The notes: generated by a model not told the origin, from the letters alone. A stretch of 63,001 nt of DNA, filler included, from Octopus bimaculoides (GCF_001194135.2; 5 parts of 5 records of this genome joined end to end with filler, not necessarily neighbours in it); one strand, 5' to 3'; counted from the whole stretch's first letter, positions 1 to 12,870 are shown. A program made the numbers and translations.

Positions 1-37
<37 letters not shown>

Positions 38-100
38 GATATATAATATATAATATAATATATATAATATATTATATATATATATGTGACACTTATTCAG

Positions 101-168
101 TAGCCATGAAGAGATGTTGGCGTGGGCTCCCACCCCGGCATCCGAAACTCAGAGATTTATCATAGCTA
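101..168 (+). ncRNA. Decayed type I hammerhead-ribozyme-like fold (catalytic core damaged)
   Basis: Outer stem tagccatga (101-109) with tcatagcta (160-168), stem gatgttgg (113-120) with ccggcatc (135-142), then GAAA at 144-147. The CUGANGA box is incomplete (atgaaga). Confidence 0.45.
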
Positions 169-285
169 AAAATAAAAAAAATAAAAAGGGGTTTGTATAA
201 TAGTGTATAGAGGAATATATTATTTAAAAGAGTTCCAACTCTGTCTGTTTTTTATGTTTTATTTATATTCTTATAAAATTAATGT

Positions 286-363
286 GGGATATAGAATATG
301 GGATATAGAATATGGGATATAGAATATGGGATATAGAATATGGGATATAGAATATGGGATATA
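286..363. repeat. 14-bp minisatellite (gggatatagaatat) x5.5
   Basis: Exact tandem units read directly. Confidence 0.95.
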
Positions 364-683
364 TAATATAAATAGTAAAATGAAATGAAGTATTGAATGT
401 CTTATTGAATATATATATTGAATATTAAATATATTTAAGGACTAGTATACTTTCCTGCTTAATAGCAGTCAGCAAGGTCCCGTCTGACAGATGTACTGCA
501 GTTGACTGGCTGTCCTTTTGTCTTTTATACACATTCCTTTGCAGCAGTAGGTGTTTGGCTATTTTTAGAGATGATGTGAAACCATTTTTCAATGTTTATT
601 TTTAGAAATGATGACATTTGAGAGATTTTTTGTGTTTTAGTTATAGGGATAAGATTTTTAAACCCCAAGTAAGATTAATTTAA

Positions 684-2412
684 TCATTGTTTGTTAAGAG
701 TGAGTTTGAATTTCTTAATAAAATCCTTTTTTTTGTGTTTTCTCTCAATTTCATTCAGGTTGTAAAGTTTATGGAATGGAAATATAAAAGTTTTTCGACC
801 ACATGTTGCCAGATGGTTACTCTGGTATTTGGCGGAACTCTGGGTTTTTAACCTGTTGTTGATGCACACGTGAGCGTTCCGATAGTGCATTACCTGTCTG
901 GCCAACATACAGTTCTTCACAATTTGGGCATTTGATGCAGTAGATTAGATTTCTACTTTTGCAGTTCATGTTCGCATTGGTGAATATTTTCTGTTTTTGT
1001 GTTCATATATGGGCCAGTATGAATTGATTGGCATGTACTGCATCGGCTATCATTGCATTTGGACACAGTGAATGTTTGATTTTTGTTGCTGAGGTCAAAC
1101 CTTGCCTTTGTTAATAGCTTTTTCAAGTTTTTAGGTTGTCTCTTACTGAGAGTTATACTTTGATCTGTAATGATATTTCTCAAATCCTTACTTTGTGCAA
1201 GGATTGGTAGGTTTGCTTTAGCAATATTGAAGATGTTCTGGTGGCATGGGTTGTGTGTCACTATAAATGGTATGATTTGTTCTTGTTTTTCTCTTCTTTT
1301 CAGTGTCCTCAATTGTTGTATGGGTATTTTCGAGGCCCGCTGAATACCATTTTTTATGAGTAGTGACAGGTATTTTTGTTTGAGCAGAAATTCTTTCAGT
1401 TCCATCAGGCGCTGATTTCTGATCTTTAGATCCTCTACAATGGTACAGATTCTTCTGGCTAAGCAGTATGGGATGTTACGTTTTGTATGGGGTGGATGGC
1501 ACGATTTAAAATTCAGGTATTGGTGTTTATCTGTGTGTTTATAATATATATCTGTGGTAATGGCGGTGTTCTTTTTAACTACCATTATATCTAGAAATGG
1601 GAGTTTGGTACTGCTCATCTCCTTTCTAAATTGGATGGATGGATGTAGGTTGTTCAGGAGGGTGTTGAATTCTTCCACAGTGTTTTGAGATTTTGTCCAG
1701 ATTATAAAGCAATCGTCGAGGTATCTCTTCCATGCTTTTTCAATATACTTCCTAAATTCAGTGTTGTATCTCACTTCTATTTCCTGGTAGAGTTTTTGTT
1801 CTAAGTAATCCATCACCGAATTCGCATAAACAGGAGCAAACCTCGTTCCCATAGCCGTGCCTTTAATTTGGATATAGTTCTTTCCATTGAAGAAGAAAGT
1901 GTTGTTTTCCAGAATAAGTCTCACTGAGTCTAGTATAAATGTCACCGTGAATCTGTTGGGAATTGCTTCTCTATGTTTATCTACCCAGTACTTGATCGCC
2001 TTTATTCCTAAATCATGTGGGAAATTGGTGTATAGGCTTACTACATCAAAGCTTAGTAGGATTGAATTTGTTTCAGTGGTTTTGGGAAGATGGGATAGAA
2101 AGTCGATGTCATCCCGAATGAAGCTGGGTATGTAGGCACATAGTGGCTTCAAAAGAATGTCGATAAAATTGCTTACACGTTGAGTAGGGCATGCTGGGCC
2201 AGCTATAATTGGTCTAAGTTTTAAATCTTTTGGATATAGCACTTTTATGTATACACTTCCTTGTTCTTTTACTGCTTGTTGAATATCTTCTGACTTATGT
2301 ATTTTAGGTAAGCCGTAAAAGTTACTGGGTTTTGGTTCGAAATTGGTGATGTAGTCTCTTTCGTTTTCAGTGAGTGAGTTGTAGTGTATAATGTAATAGA
2401 TAAGTTTATAAC
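684..2412 (-). mobile_element. Penelope-like retroelement (Neptune-like linker): 5'-truncated RT plus frameshifted C-terminal GIY-YIG endonuclease
   Basis: The frame of ORF 953-2242 stays open upstream to a TAG near 2413 and gives FYGLPKIHK. It contains LRPIIAG, SFDVVSLYTN, GTAMG, KRYLDDCF and LPFLDIMV, then a Cys linker CNDSRCSTC. A shifted frame gives NCKSRNLIYCIKCPNCEELYVGQTG (NLIY..YVG at 951-901), followed by a stop and a further frameshift. Confidence 0.93.
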
Positions 2413-3170
2413 GCTAGGAACTTTTAGTGGTGTGTTTGGGTAAACTGACCACTCATCACAATGATATCAAATTACAACCTTAATCTATATTTCAACGAGT
2501 GGTCTAGCTAAGAAATTATTTATGACCACTATAATCCCATCCAAAGCAACATCCTGTTCTCAACTCTATAGTATTTTATCTCTTTATCATTTATTCTACT
2601 TTATGTTTTTATTTCTTTCATTTCTTTTGTTACTTTATTCCAATTTTGCTAAATCTTATTTATATATGTATCTAACTTTATTATCCTTATTTTTACTTTT
2701 ATTACTCTTGGTTTGACTTCTATTACTTTTATATTTTACTTTTTACTTTATTTTTTACCTTTGATCTTCTCTTTCTATCTTATACATGCTAGTTAAATAT
2801 AAACTCAATCCAATCTATTATACACGCTAGTTAAATATAAACTCGATCCAATCTATTTAACGTTCACTCTATGCTGAATTGTAGTACAGTATGGGCAGAT
2901 TTTTGAAATCCAACGAACCTTTATGCAGATATACCCTTTTAAAGGGATGTGAAAAACCTATTATAATGGGTAATACTAAGTGTACTTTTTCTTTAGTGAT
3001 GTAATCTTTGGACTAGCACTGTTTGTGGTTGAAGATAGCTTTAAACCATCTTTTATATCAACAATATACCTATACTGATGTAATGACAGATTGTTAATAA
3101 AGCTTGAAAAACGTGTACCGCGATATCCTTTGTGTTCTGTTTATAATTTATGTTTCACACACACACACAC

Positions 3171-3217
<47 letters not shown>

Positions 3218-3218
<1 letters not shown>

Positions 3219-4312
3219 TAGCAGAGATACCCGGCCTTGCTCGGGATTAAAATGGCATAGATTTTTATTGCTTTACTTGTTTCAGTCATGTGACTGCGCC
3301 CATGGTGGAGCACCGCCGTTGGTCGAAGAAATCAACCACAAGATTTATTCTTTGTAAGCCTAGTACTCGTTGTGTCAGTGTCTTTTTACCTTCACACACG
3401 GATAGGAAAGCCTTCTTTTTTCTGTTAAGTGCTTATATGCTTCGTTATTAGACTATTTTCCTTAGTCACTGCACGGTGAATGCCATAAACTTTAATGTTA
3501 TATAAAAATACCATTATTATTATTATTTACAGGATTGTAAGATACGGCATCGTATAACAAAACCATTTGCACCAAAAACATATATGAAGGAGATGTTTCT
3601 ATGTGGCTTGCTTGTTTGTTGTACCTTGTTTATCATTTTGTCCATGTTCTTTTGCCACGTCATGTACCCAGTTATGTATCTATATGTACATGTAGATGAA
3701 GGTATGTACATACATGTACATATATATGCATATACTCATATATTGTTTATATATATATATAATTCGAAAATATGAAGTTTCATAACATTGTTTACAAAAT
3801 AATAGCTGATCATTTGCGAAGGACCGTGTCTACAGTCAACAATGAAGATTTTTGCTCTGGTAACTACTGCTGTATCCCATGTTCACGCATGACCAGCTAT
3901 ATGTCGGTATGAGTAGAGCAACGGATTCAGCAAATTTGGAAATTAATTGTGGAGAAACAGAGAATATCGTTTATACTGTGTATCACTCAGTAAAAAGACG
4001 AAATTTAAAAAATCTATTATCTCTCTCTCTCTCTGTTTACACCGTCGCTAGAAGGGGACTGAACTCATGTTTGCAACTGGCTCCGACTTGAAAATTGTTA
4101 GAAGTTATGGTTTAAATTATGGTTTAAAATTGAAGTGTTAGGAAGCAACAAAAAACAAAAAAATAAAAAACAAATGGCCGATTCTGGGCATTTTCGACCA
4201 TGAGGAATCCATTGGTGTGACTCTCAGATTGCTATCTTGTAAGGTGTGGATTTCTATAGATGCAACACACACACACACACACTCACAAACTCAGCTTTAC
4301 AATATGTACTGA
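3218..4312 (-). mobile_element. Non-autonomous Helitron with both termini
   Basis: The minus strand starts TC (4312-4311) followed by a (TG)n tract. It ends with a cccg/cggg hairpin (3230-3245) and CTAG (3218-3221). It is inserted between A and T with no TSD. Confidence 0.75.
3860..3985 (+). pseudogene. Helitron Pif1-like helicase C-terminal fragment
   Basis: PMFTHDQLYVGMSRATDSANLEINCGETENIVY matches the RepHel C-terminal pattern PVFxHGQLYVAxSR...TxNIVY. Confidence 0.8.
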
Positions 4313-4346
4313 TAATATATACATATGTAATATATATATATAATAT

Positions 4347-4712
4347 GAGTGGCTGTGTGGTAAGTAGCTTGCTTACCAACCACATGGTTCCAGAGTCATT
4401 CCCACTGCATGGCGTCTTGCGCAAGTGTCTTCTCCTATAGCGTTGGGCCGACCAAGGCCTTGTGAGTGGATTTGGTAGACGGAAACTGAAGGAAGCCTGT
4501 CGTATGTATGTATATGTATATATGTATGTGTGTGTATATGTTTGGGTGTCTGTGTTTGTCCCCCCANNNNNNNNNNNNNNNNNNNNNNNNNNNNNNNNNN
4601 NNNNNNNNNNNNNNNNNNNNNNNNNNNNNNNNNNNNNNNNNNNNNNNNNNNNNNNNNNNNNNNNNNCCATGCTAGCATGGAAAGCGGACGTTAAACAATG
4701 ATGATGATGATG
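4347..4712 (+). mobile_element. tRNA-derived SINE with RTE-type 3' tail (gap inside)
   Basis: Head gagtggctgtgtggtaagtagcttgcttacc, body caagtgtcttct...gtgagtggatttggtagacggaaactgaa, tail ccatgctagcatggaaagcggacgttaaac(aat)(gat)n. Confidence 0.8.
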
Positions 4713-5019
4713 AGATAATTTTATTAGCAGGATAAAGGAAAGGTTGTGGATAGTATAATTATTAGAGAAACAAAATTATTATTGACCATTTTAAAAATTA
4801 AATCTTCTCAATTATTACATCAGCCAACCAACAACCAACATTACTTTCACCAACATAAATCTTGGTATTAAAATTATGCTTTGACAGAATCTTAATACCA
4901 ACCCAGCAAAAACACTACTGTCTAGTAAGGATTCTCCATTCACATTGAATTCAAGGTCATCATTTCTCCCAGTCACTCCTTTCCACATCAGTACCAACAT
5001 ATGCATTGAAGTCCCATTC

Positions 5020-5690
5020 ATCATCATCATTTAACATCCGCTTTCCATGCTGGCATGAGTTGGACAGCATGACGGAAAACTGGCAAGCCAAGGAGCTGCA
5101 CTAGGTTCCAATCTGATTTGGTGAGGTTTCTACAGCTAGATGTCCTTCATAACAACAACCACTCTGAGAATGTAGTAGGTGTTTCTTACATGCCACTGGC
5201 ACGAGTGCCATTAACCTGACACTGGCATCAGCCACGACTATGGTCTCACTTAGTTTGACAGATCTACACAAGCATAGTATATCACCAAAGGTATTGGTCA
5301 CCTGTCACTGCTTCCATGAGGTCCAATGCTTGAACAGTACTTTTTACGTGCCACCAGCCACGACTAAGGTTTCACTCAGTTCAACATGTCTTCCCAAGCA
5401 CAGCACATCGCCTAACAACTGAAGGGTGCTTTTAACGGGCTTGTTACGTGACACTGGCATCAGCCACAACTACAATCTCACTTGGCTTGACATCACTGCC
5501 TACATGAGGCCCAACGCTCCAACGGTGCTTTTTACATGCCACTGGCCACAACTGCAATTTCATTTGGTTCAACATGTCTTCACAAGTATAGTACACCATC
5601 CAACCTTTGAAGGGTGCCTTTAATGGGCTAGTTACGTGACACTGGTATCAGCCATGACTATGATCTCACTTGGTTTGATGGGTCTTGTAG
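5020..5690 (-). mobile_element. Non-coding RTE-tailed repeat with degenerate internal tandem units
   Basis: The reverse complement ends ccatgctggcatggaaagcggatgttaaa(tga)n, the same tail as 4668-4712. The motif tgacactggcatcagcca recurs at about 5217, 5448 and 5637. Confidence 0.65.
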
Positions 5691-6949
5691 GATAAATAAC
5701 TTGGTCTGAATTACATCTAAAGCTGCTGTGACTTCCTCTTACTGTTTGGTACATATACTTAGAACAATCACAGTGGTCCTTCCTTTAGCCTAAACTTCAC
5801 TACCTAAGACAATCTGACTGCCAGTGGTTTCTGAGTATCCCTGCTCCACCAGTGCAGACATAGTTGGCATCAAACCCAAATAGTAGAGTTTCATTCACCT
5901 TCCATCCAAATCTATGGTACCAGAGCCACAGAACATTGAAGAGGTAACACTGACTATATCTATCTATCTATTTAGCAGTAGTTTCTACTCTTTGCCTCTA
6001 AATTATAACATTTCAATACGAAATCATTAATGGTTGATCCCTCTTGAACCTGCTTCAAGGTCCTGGGACATGCATCTTCTGTGCTCCTACCCCATGCCTC
6101 CAAGAAAAAGTTGCAGGCTTATTGTTGGTTGTATCAGCATTGAGTGGAGACTGCAATATATTTTTTGAATGGGACCCTCTACCTAAGAACAGAAAATATC
6201 CCTTGTTAATCTGCACAATAGGTGATGCAGTGAGGTTGTTCTTTCGAGCATCTTTCATATTGCAGTTTCTGGTGATCTTATTCATACCAGGCACCAAGCT
6301 GGTATATATATTCAACACATGAATGGTAGAATCATTTTATATATAAAGTAGAATCAATTTTATGTATAGATGTATGGGTGGATGGATGGATGGATGGATG
6401 GATAATATACACACCATACAAATCTTTTTAAGGAAAATGGTTGGCATAAAGAACAAGCTACAACTAAGTTTGCATTTCAATATAATGTAATATGTATACA
6501 TTATAAAGAAAGGGAAAAGAAACTAATATATAATGTATTTCAGAGAAAAAGGAAAACAGAAATATTTGAGCTGACTAGTCACTATCCACTATTAAATATT
6601 CTATCACAACAAACAATGGACTAGTCTAATAGAAACATAATAAAACATTTCCAGATGTCAACAAACACTGATTCAATCTGCCTGCTTGCTATGTCCATTA
6701 TAACATTCATCAAAACATCTCCATAGTGGAAAAGGATATCGAATGGAAGTATTTGATCAAACCATTCAGTTGAATCGAATTTGATATCCATTTCAAGAGG
6801 ATAAAAAGCACTGTTTTGCTTTATTAATCTGCAGAACTCCTACTTACCAATCAGTTCTTGCTTTCTTCCCCATGTGCCTCTCCCGCTCCAATGAGACCAC
6901 TCCTACCCATCTGTATGCTTCTGTTTCACATTTATTCTGCTAACCATTT

Positions 6950-9250
6950 TATCTGTTCAACTCTTCTATTACACTACACCCTGTCTTTCACCTACACTCT
7001 GAATACTGAATAAGATTGTATATTTACAGCCAGCAAACTTGTCTTAGGAGTGATGTGACTTTCACAGCTACAGTGAATATAGCACATGTAGACGTACTGG
7101 TCTCTCTGAACTGTTAATGACCATGACAGCATAGAGAAAATTCTGAGTTAAGTAAGATAACCTCTCTAGTACTGATGATAAAACACCACAGCTTCCTTCT
7201 AAACTTCCCTTTTTAATGGTAGACACAACACACTACCTAATTTAACATCAATCCAAGCCACAGTATACTCAAACTTAACTCCGAAAGGGAAAGTCTGCAA
7301 ATAGATTCTACTCTCCTTTCTCATCACAATGACTTTCGGTTACTCTTACTCATCTAAATGCAACTGCTGCCTTTGTGTCTCTTGGGAATCTTCCAACAAC
7401 CATTTCTTCAAACATTGAGGATATCTATCTTACATCCTCAGTGACTTCAATGCTATTCATACAGAACTGAATCTTTTACAATCCTAACTTTCTACAACAG
7501 TTAGATTCATTCCCTTATGCATCTCAGATCAACTTATAAATACTCTATATACTCTAAATCACTTTCTTATCACTGAATACAGCCTCTACCTAACCATCAC
7601 TATCTCTGCATTTATTAGATCAACAAAGCCTTATCACATGATGGTTGTTGTTGGCACTCCGTTGCTTACGACGTCGAGGGTTCCAGTTGATCCAATCAAC
7701 GGAACAGCCAGCTTGTGAAATTAACGTGCAAATGGCTGAGCACTCCACAGACACGTGTACCCTTAACGTAGTTCTCAGGGATATTCAGCGTGACACAGTG
7801 TGACAAGGCTGACCCTTTGAATTAGAGGCACAACAGAAACAGGAATTAAGAGTGAGAGAAAGTTGTGATGGAAGAGTACAGCAGGGTTCTCCCCCATCCC
7901 TTGCCGGAGCCTTGTGGAGCTTTAGGTGTTTTCGCTAAATAAACACTCACAACGCCCGTTCTGGGAATCGAAACCGCGATCCTATGACCGCAAGTCCGCT
8001 GCCCTAACCACTGGGCCATTACGCCTCCACTATCACATGATGGATACATCACATATTGCACAACAAACATTTCCACACTTTGGCACTTCAAATCAGCTAG
8101 CGAGTTGGAGTGATTCTAGCTCTACACTAACTATTCCTTACATTGTATGTGCGTTACCTCTACCTATCAGAAATAGCTAAGTAGGTGACTGAAACCATCC
8201 TCTTAAGTATCTCCCTTCACATCTTACACAAAACTAAAGCACAAAACCCTAAATCTACTAAATGGTTCACACACTGCAACACAGTGATAGTACAAAGAAC
8301 ATGATCTTACAATGCTTGGGAAAAAAAAATCACTCACCATAAGGTGGACGACTTTATCCATCCCTGAAACTGCAAGACCATCATATGAAATGTAAAACAG
8401 GATTTAGTGTATACCACAGAACACAAGCTCTCTTGTCTATCAGATTGCAGCCAATCTTTCTGGTTACTTACTAAAAGAATCTTTACCAACATTGTGGAAC
8501 TGTCCTAATCTTTACTTTTCGACCATGATGTTTCCATAAACAGTACTCCCATAAAGAAAGCCTTCCAATTTGTAGCTCACTTGCATCCAACTCCACACTG
8601 CACACACTAGGTAAAACTGCTTCCAAACTTTCAAGGCTAATGGTCCAAATTGCTCTTTTCATTATACTCAGACAATGTGCTCCCAAGATATGTCTTATCT
8701 TTGTCAAATTCTTCAATCTCACTCTAAAGGGATCTGTCCTGATCTTTGGAAACACATTTTATTATATTCCTAGAAACAGAGCAACCAAGTCTATCACTCC
8801 CTTCCAGAGGTGATGGAGATATTTGTTTACAATCACCTTCTCAAAAACCTTAAATCTCTTCAATGTTCACCAGGCTCTCATCCGTGAGAAATTTAGTGAA
8901 AACAAAATTGTTACGCTTAAAAGTTAGTGAAGTATTTGATCATGTTTGACATGCAAGTCTCTTAGATAAAAAAAGGTCTGCTATGCTTTATCCATTTCTT
9001 AGAGTGGGAAGATTCATGTCAGATCAAACCATCACATGCACTGATGGAGCTCTCACTAAACTACATTAACTCTAACGTGCCCTAAGGTTTAGTTGTCTCC
9101 CTTACACACTTGCACATCAACAGCTTACTTGCCATCACATTCAACAACTACTCCTATAAAGACAACACTCTTTGCATCCCTTCTCATACACTAAACTCTG
9201 TATGAAACACTTCTTGTAATCCACCATACTAGGAATTGCAGCACTCCCAA
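6950..9250 (+). mobile_element. Highly decayed CR1/L2-like LINE (APE plus RT), interrupted by a SINE
   Basis: Residual SDFNAIHTE at about 7440 (GDFNxxH APE motif). KANGPN...SKGICPDLWK...EVMEIFVYNHLLKNL at about 8630-8850 resembles the RT N-terminal region. Many stops and frameshifts. Confidence 0.6.
7645..8030 (-). mobile_element. Full-length tRNA-derived SINE with 13-bp TSD
   Basis: The reverse complement begins gtggaggcgtaatggcccagtggttagggcagcggac...ggtttcgattccc (A and B boxes) and ends (caa)n. TSD tatcacatgatgg at 7632-7644 and 8031-8043. Confidence 0.92.
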
Positions 9251-11229
9251 CTCATGTTTTTTTTTTTTACATCTATGTGTGAACCTATAGAAGTTCAAAC
9301 TGAACATCAACTGTGCAGGTCACAGGTATAAACATACTTCAGAAGCTAAATAATTACAAATGCATATTTTCCATATACCTTTTCATTTTGATTCAATCTT
9401 ATGATGCTTCTAGGCTAACACTGATATTTTATTACAAAATATTATCCATGCTATTCAGACACTGAATCCAGTATTAGTTGACTAATTTGTGAAAATCATT
9501 TTTAAATAACTCAAATTAATTTTTTTTTCTTCTTTGATTCAGTTCCAGAAATTAAATTTTTAGATTTTATGATTTTACACTTTTTGAAAGTGCCATGCAG
9601 ATGTAGGAAGTAAATGACTCTCCTTTATTCACATTTCTTTACAATAATATTGTTAGATGAACTGTAAACACATTTTTATCATTCCATTTCACTTTACTCC
9701 CAAATTCAGATAATAAAAACAATGATTTTTTTAAAAAACTGGCTCAAGGTTACAAATTTGTAATGGCTCAGGCACACGGTTATAAAAGTCCCTTTGCAAT
9801 CATATGGTTTTGGGCTTGATTTCAATAAACAGCAGCTCAGGCAAGTGTCTTCTGCCATAGCTAGGGGAAAGGTGAATTGTACAGATATTCATCAGAATGA
9901 CTGTATCCATTCTTGGGTGGTAGGCATAACCTGTTACTTGGTTAAACATAACCACTTTGCACTTTACAGGTTTGTTTAGTAGAGTTCACTTTGTTGCAGG
10001 TATTCAAGTCAGGCCACCAGCTTGTGGATAACCTATGAATTATGGCTTTTCCTCCTATTTCAATCTCCTCAGATTAAAGCATAAAAGAAAAAGAAAAAAG
10101 AGTGCAGTCAGATGAACACTGGCACCAAATTTATTGACTCAACAAAATAAAATTTTATTCTTTTGTTGTTCCAAATTTTGCTTTTTTTTCACTGAATATT
10201 TCAAGATATGCTGGGTAAACTAAGGATTTTAGAGGAAACAAAATCAGTTATACAAAAAGTGAAATGCAAGACAAATACAGATTATTTGAAAGTGAAATCA
10301 GTAGCATGTAACTGATTTCATATGTGAATATACATAGCAATGGTGACTTAAATAGAAGTGCAAAATACTTTCAAATACAGATTACATATGTTGATAGAAT
10401 TTTTTATTTTTATTTAACTTTTTGATTAATATTTTATCAGATAATTCTTCTGATTATGTCAGAGAATGAGGGTTATGCATATTGCACAAAGTCTACTCTT
10501 TGTTGGGTAAATAAGGAAAATTGTCAGTAAAACAGGCTGTATTATGTTATGATACACTATTTATAATGATTTGTTTTGCATTGGTTAATGACTTTTTTTT
10601 CAGTAAAGAAAAGAATACATTCCCTTGAATCTAGCTCAGTTACTGGTCTTTATTATTTAAACTGGATTTCAACTAGAAACATGGTTTACTCAATAGGAAC
10701 CGTGACCACAATCTTTAGAGGAACACCGACAGTGGAGGTATAAGAAACCATGACTCATGCATTGCAGCTAATTACTACTTAGATCCCTGTAAGTAGCCCA
10801 GCAAACAGGAAGCTCAGAGCAGTTTTCAAACAGTGACACTACCTACACACAGGCAGTTGCAGTAGGAGACAGTGCATCATGATATTGAAGATATCAAATA
10901 TGGTGAAGTTGCAAATGTCTCTAGAAGCCAAAAGGCTTATTATAGCTACTTTTGAACACCAGTTTTACGGTTTAAGCAACAGATAAGAAATAAATCATCT
11001 CCATGTATAATGTTTGACAATTATTGGTAATACTCAAAGATCTCTTATATATTTCTGTCAGCTAGGTATGCTAAGAAGCATTAGAATGCTGATGCTCTAA
11101 ATACACTATGGACTATCAGAATTGTAATAACAACTCTCATCAATACTTTGGATTCATTGGATTTTTGAATTTTTAAGTCTGGAAATGTTTTCTGAATATG
11201 CAAAAGAAAGCTATAAATGCATTGCAAAC

Positions 11230-11411
11230 CTCATCTGCATCAAAATAGAGAATAACAGCTTGTACTGAATCAGGGTATTGCCTACAAACTTGAGAGGTGG
11301 CATCTGGCAAGGCATACAGTTGTACTTGTGCAGTGTAGTACTTGTTGTTTATATTCCACTTGTACCCATTGTCTTCTTCACTTGTAGGTAACTCCTCAAC
11401 ATTGAGCAACT
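11230..11411 (-). CDS. AAGAB: Alpha- and gamma-adaptin-binding protein p34, internal coding exon (equivalent to vertebrate exon 2)
   Basis: LLNVEELPTSEEDNGYKWNINNKYYTAQVQLYALPDATSQVCRQYPDSVQAVILYFDADE aligns with the p34 pattern WTIDNKYYSADINL...ESVQAFVVYFD. Acceptor ttttag at 11417-11412, donor GT at 11229-11228. The phase 1/phase 0 pattern matches my recollection of the vertebrate exon. Confidence 0.87.
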
Positions 11412-12149
11412 CTAAAACATCAACAAGTAATTATCATTAATAAGATTCACCAAGAGGAATTTAAATTAAGTCAATAAAATACTTTTACATTAGTTGATAT
11501 TTCAGTCATTGTTGCTCTAATAGGAGAGAAGTAGAAAAACCACTGAGAAGTAACATGAGTAGTCTGCAAGATAAACAATGAAGGAGGAGGCAAAGAGAGA
11601 GGGAAATGAGATAGAAGAGGCAGCAAAGTTTGCAACAAGATCCAGGTTGAAATGAGTGGGATGGAAAATAAGTGAGAAAACAACACAAAGGCAAAAGAAA
11701 TGGACAAATAGACATGCACAGTGGGAAGAGAAGGCGAAAGAGATGAGATAAAAGTGTAGTCATAAACATAAAGAATTAAGAGGCTGCAAGAAATGGTTAG
11801 AATTATAAAGACAAAAATTTGAAGAAAAGAGATAGGCAAAAATGTACAGTTGTTCATGATGGGAGGTGGGGAAAGGTGCAGAGAGTATGATAAAATATAT
11901 AAAATAGTAAGCAATCACATCATCATTATCATTTAATGTCCATCTTCCATGCATGCATGGGTAGGACTACAATAACCACAAAGAATATTACAGTCATATG
12001 TGTGGCGCATGCAAAAAAAAAAACAGCATTCATGTACAACTATATATACTTTCATCTCCTTTTGGCATAATCTGCATTTGCTGTCTATCTAATTTTGATC
12101 AATCTTTCAGCTGTAATTAGTGATTCAGTCTCTCTTCTCAGGTTTTCAT

Positions 12150-12526
12150 CTCTCGACCACAAGCAGCATTTGTCAGTTCCAACTTCCTTGTGTCTTATGA
12201 ATCAGTCAGCACAATTGGAGTGGAAGACAATTGGAGATTTCTGCGGGACAACCTGTTGAAAGCCACCGACCAGATTTGTGGGTGGTGTAAGGTCCCCTCC
12301 CAACCCAGAGTAACGTGGTGGTGGAACAAGGAGGTAGACAGGGCTATTAGACAAAAGAAACAAGCTTGGAAGGACTGGAAGAACGGTGGTAGCAGGGAAT
12401 TGTACCAATGTGCCAGAAGGGAGGCTAGGCGACAGGTTTATTTAGCCAGAGGGGAAGCAGATAAGGAAAGATTTGCCAATGTTCTGCGCCGTGAGGACCA
12501 AAGACTCGAGGTATTTCGGGTTGCAA
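12150..12526 (+). mobile_element. RTE-clade LINE fragment (EN-RT spacer)
   Basis: NWRFLRDNLLKATDQICGWCK...TWWWNKEVDRAIRQKKQAWKDWK...LYQCARREARRQV is the typical RTE spacer. It is cut by a gap. Confidence 0.85.
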
Positions 12527-12626
12527 NNNNNNNNNNNNNNNNNNNNNNNNNNNNNNNNNNNNNNNNNNNNTTAATTAATTAANNNNNNNNNNNNNNNNNN
12601 NNNNNNNNNNNNNNNNNNNNNNNNNN
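12527..12626. other. Artificial 100-bp spacer N44-TTAATTAATTAA-N44 (also at 21840-21939, 25023-25122 and 54467-54566)
   Basis: Identical geometry four times. The 12-mer is palindromic and gives stops in all six frames. Confidence 0.95.
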
Positions 12627-12870
12627 TGTGTGTGTGTGTGTGTGTGTGTTTGTGTTTCTGTGTTTGTAGCCCCAACGTCGCTTGACAACTGATGCTGGTG
12701 TGTTTACGTCACTGTAACTTAGCGGTTCGGCAAAAGACACTTATAGAATAAGTACTTGGCTTACAAAGAATAAATCCTGGGGTCGATTTGCTCAACTAAA
12801 GGCGGTGCTCCAGCATGGCTGCAGTCAAATGACTGAAACAAGTAAAAGAGTAAAAGAGTAAAGAGTACAT
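12627..12870 (+). mobile_element. SINE 3' half with (gtaaaaga)n tail
   Basis: ...ggggtcgatttgctcaactaaaggcggtgctccagcatggctgcagtcaaatgactgaaacaagtaaaagag. A related tail occurs reversed at about 3262-3370. Confidence 0.75.

Noticed and set aside
2781-2856. 38-bp tandem duplication
   Set aside because: A simple local two-copy duplication with no further structure.
12571-12582. Recurrent palindrome TTAATTAATTAA (4 copies) as a biological motif
   Set aside because: Always centred in exactly 44+44 Ns and stops all six frames, so it is a synthetic contig spacer.
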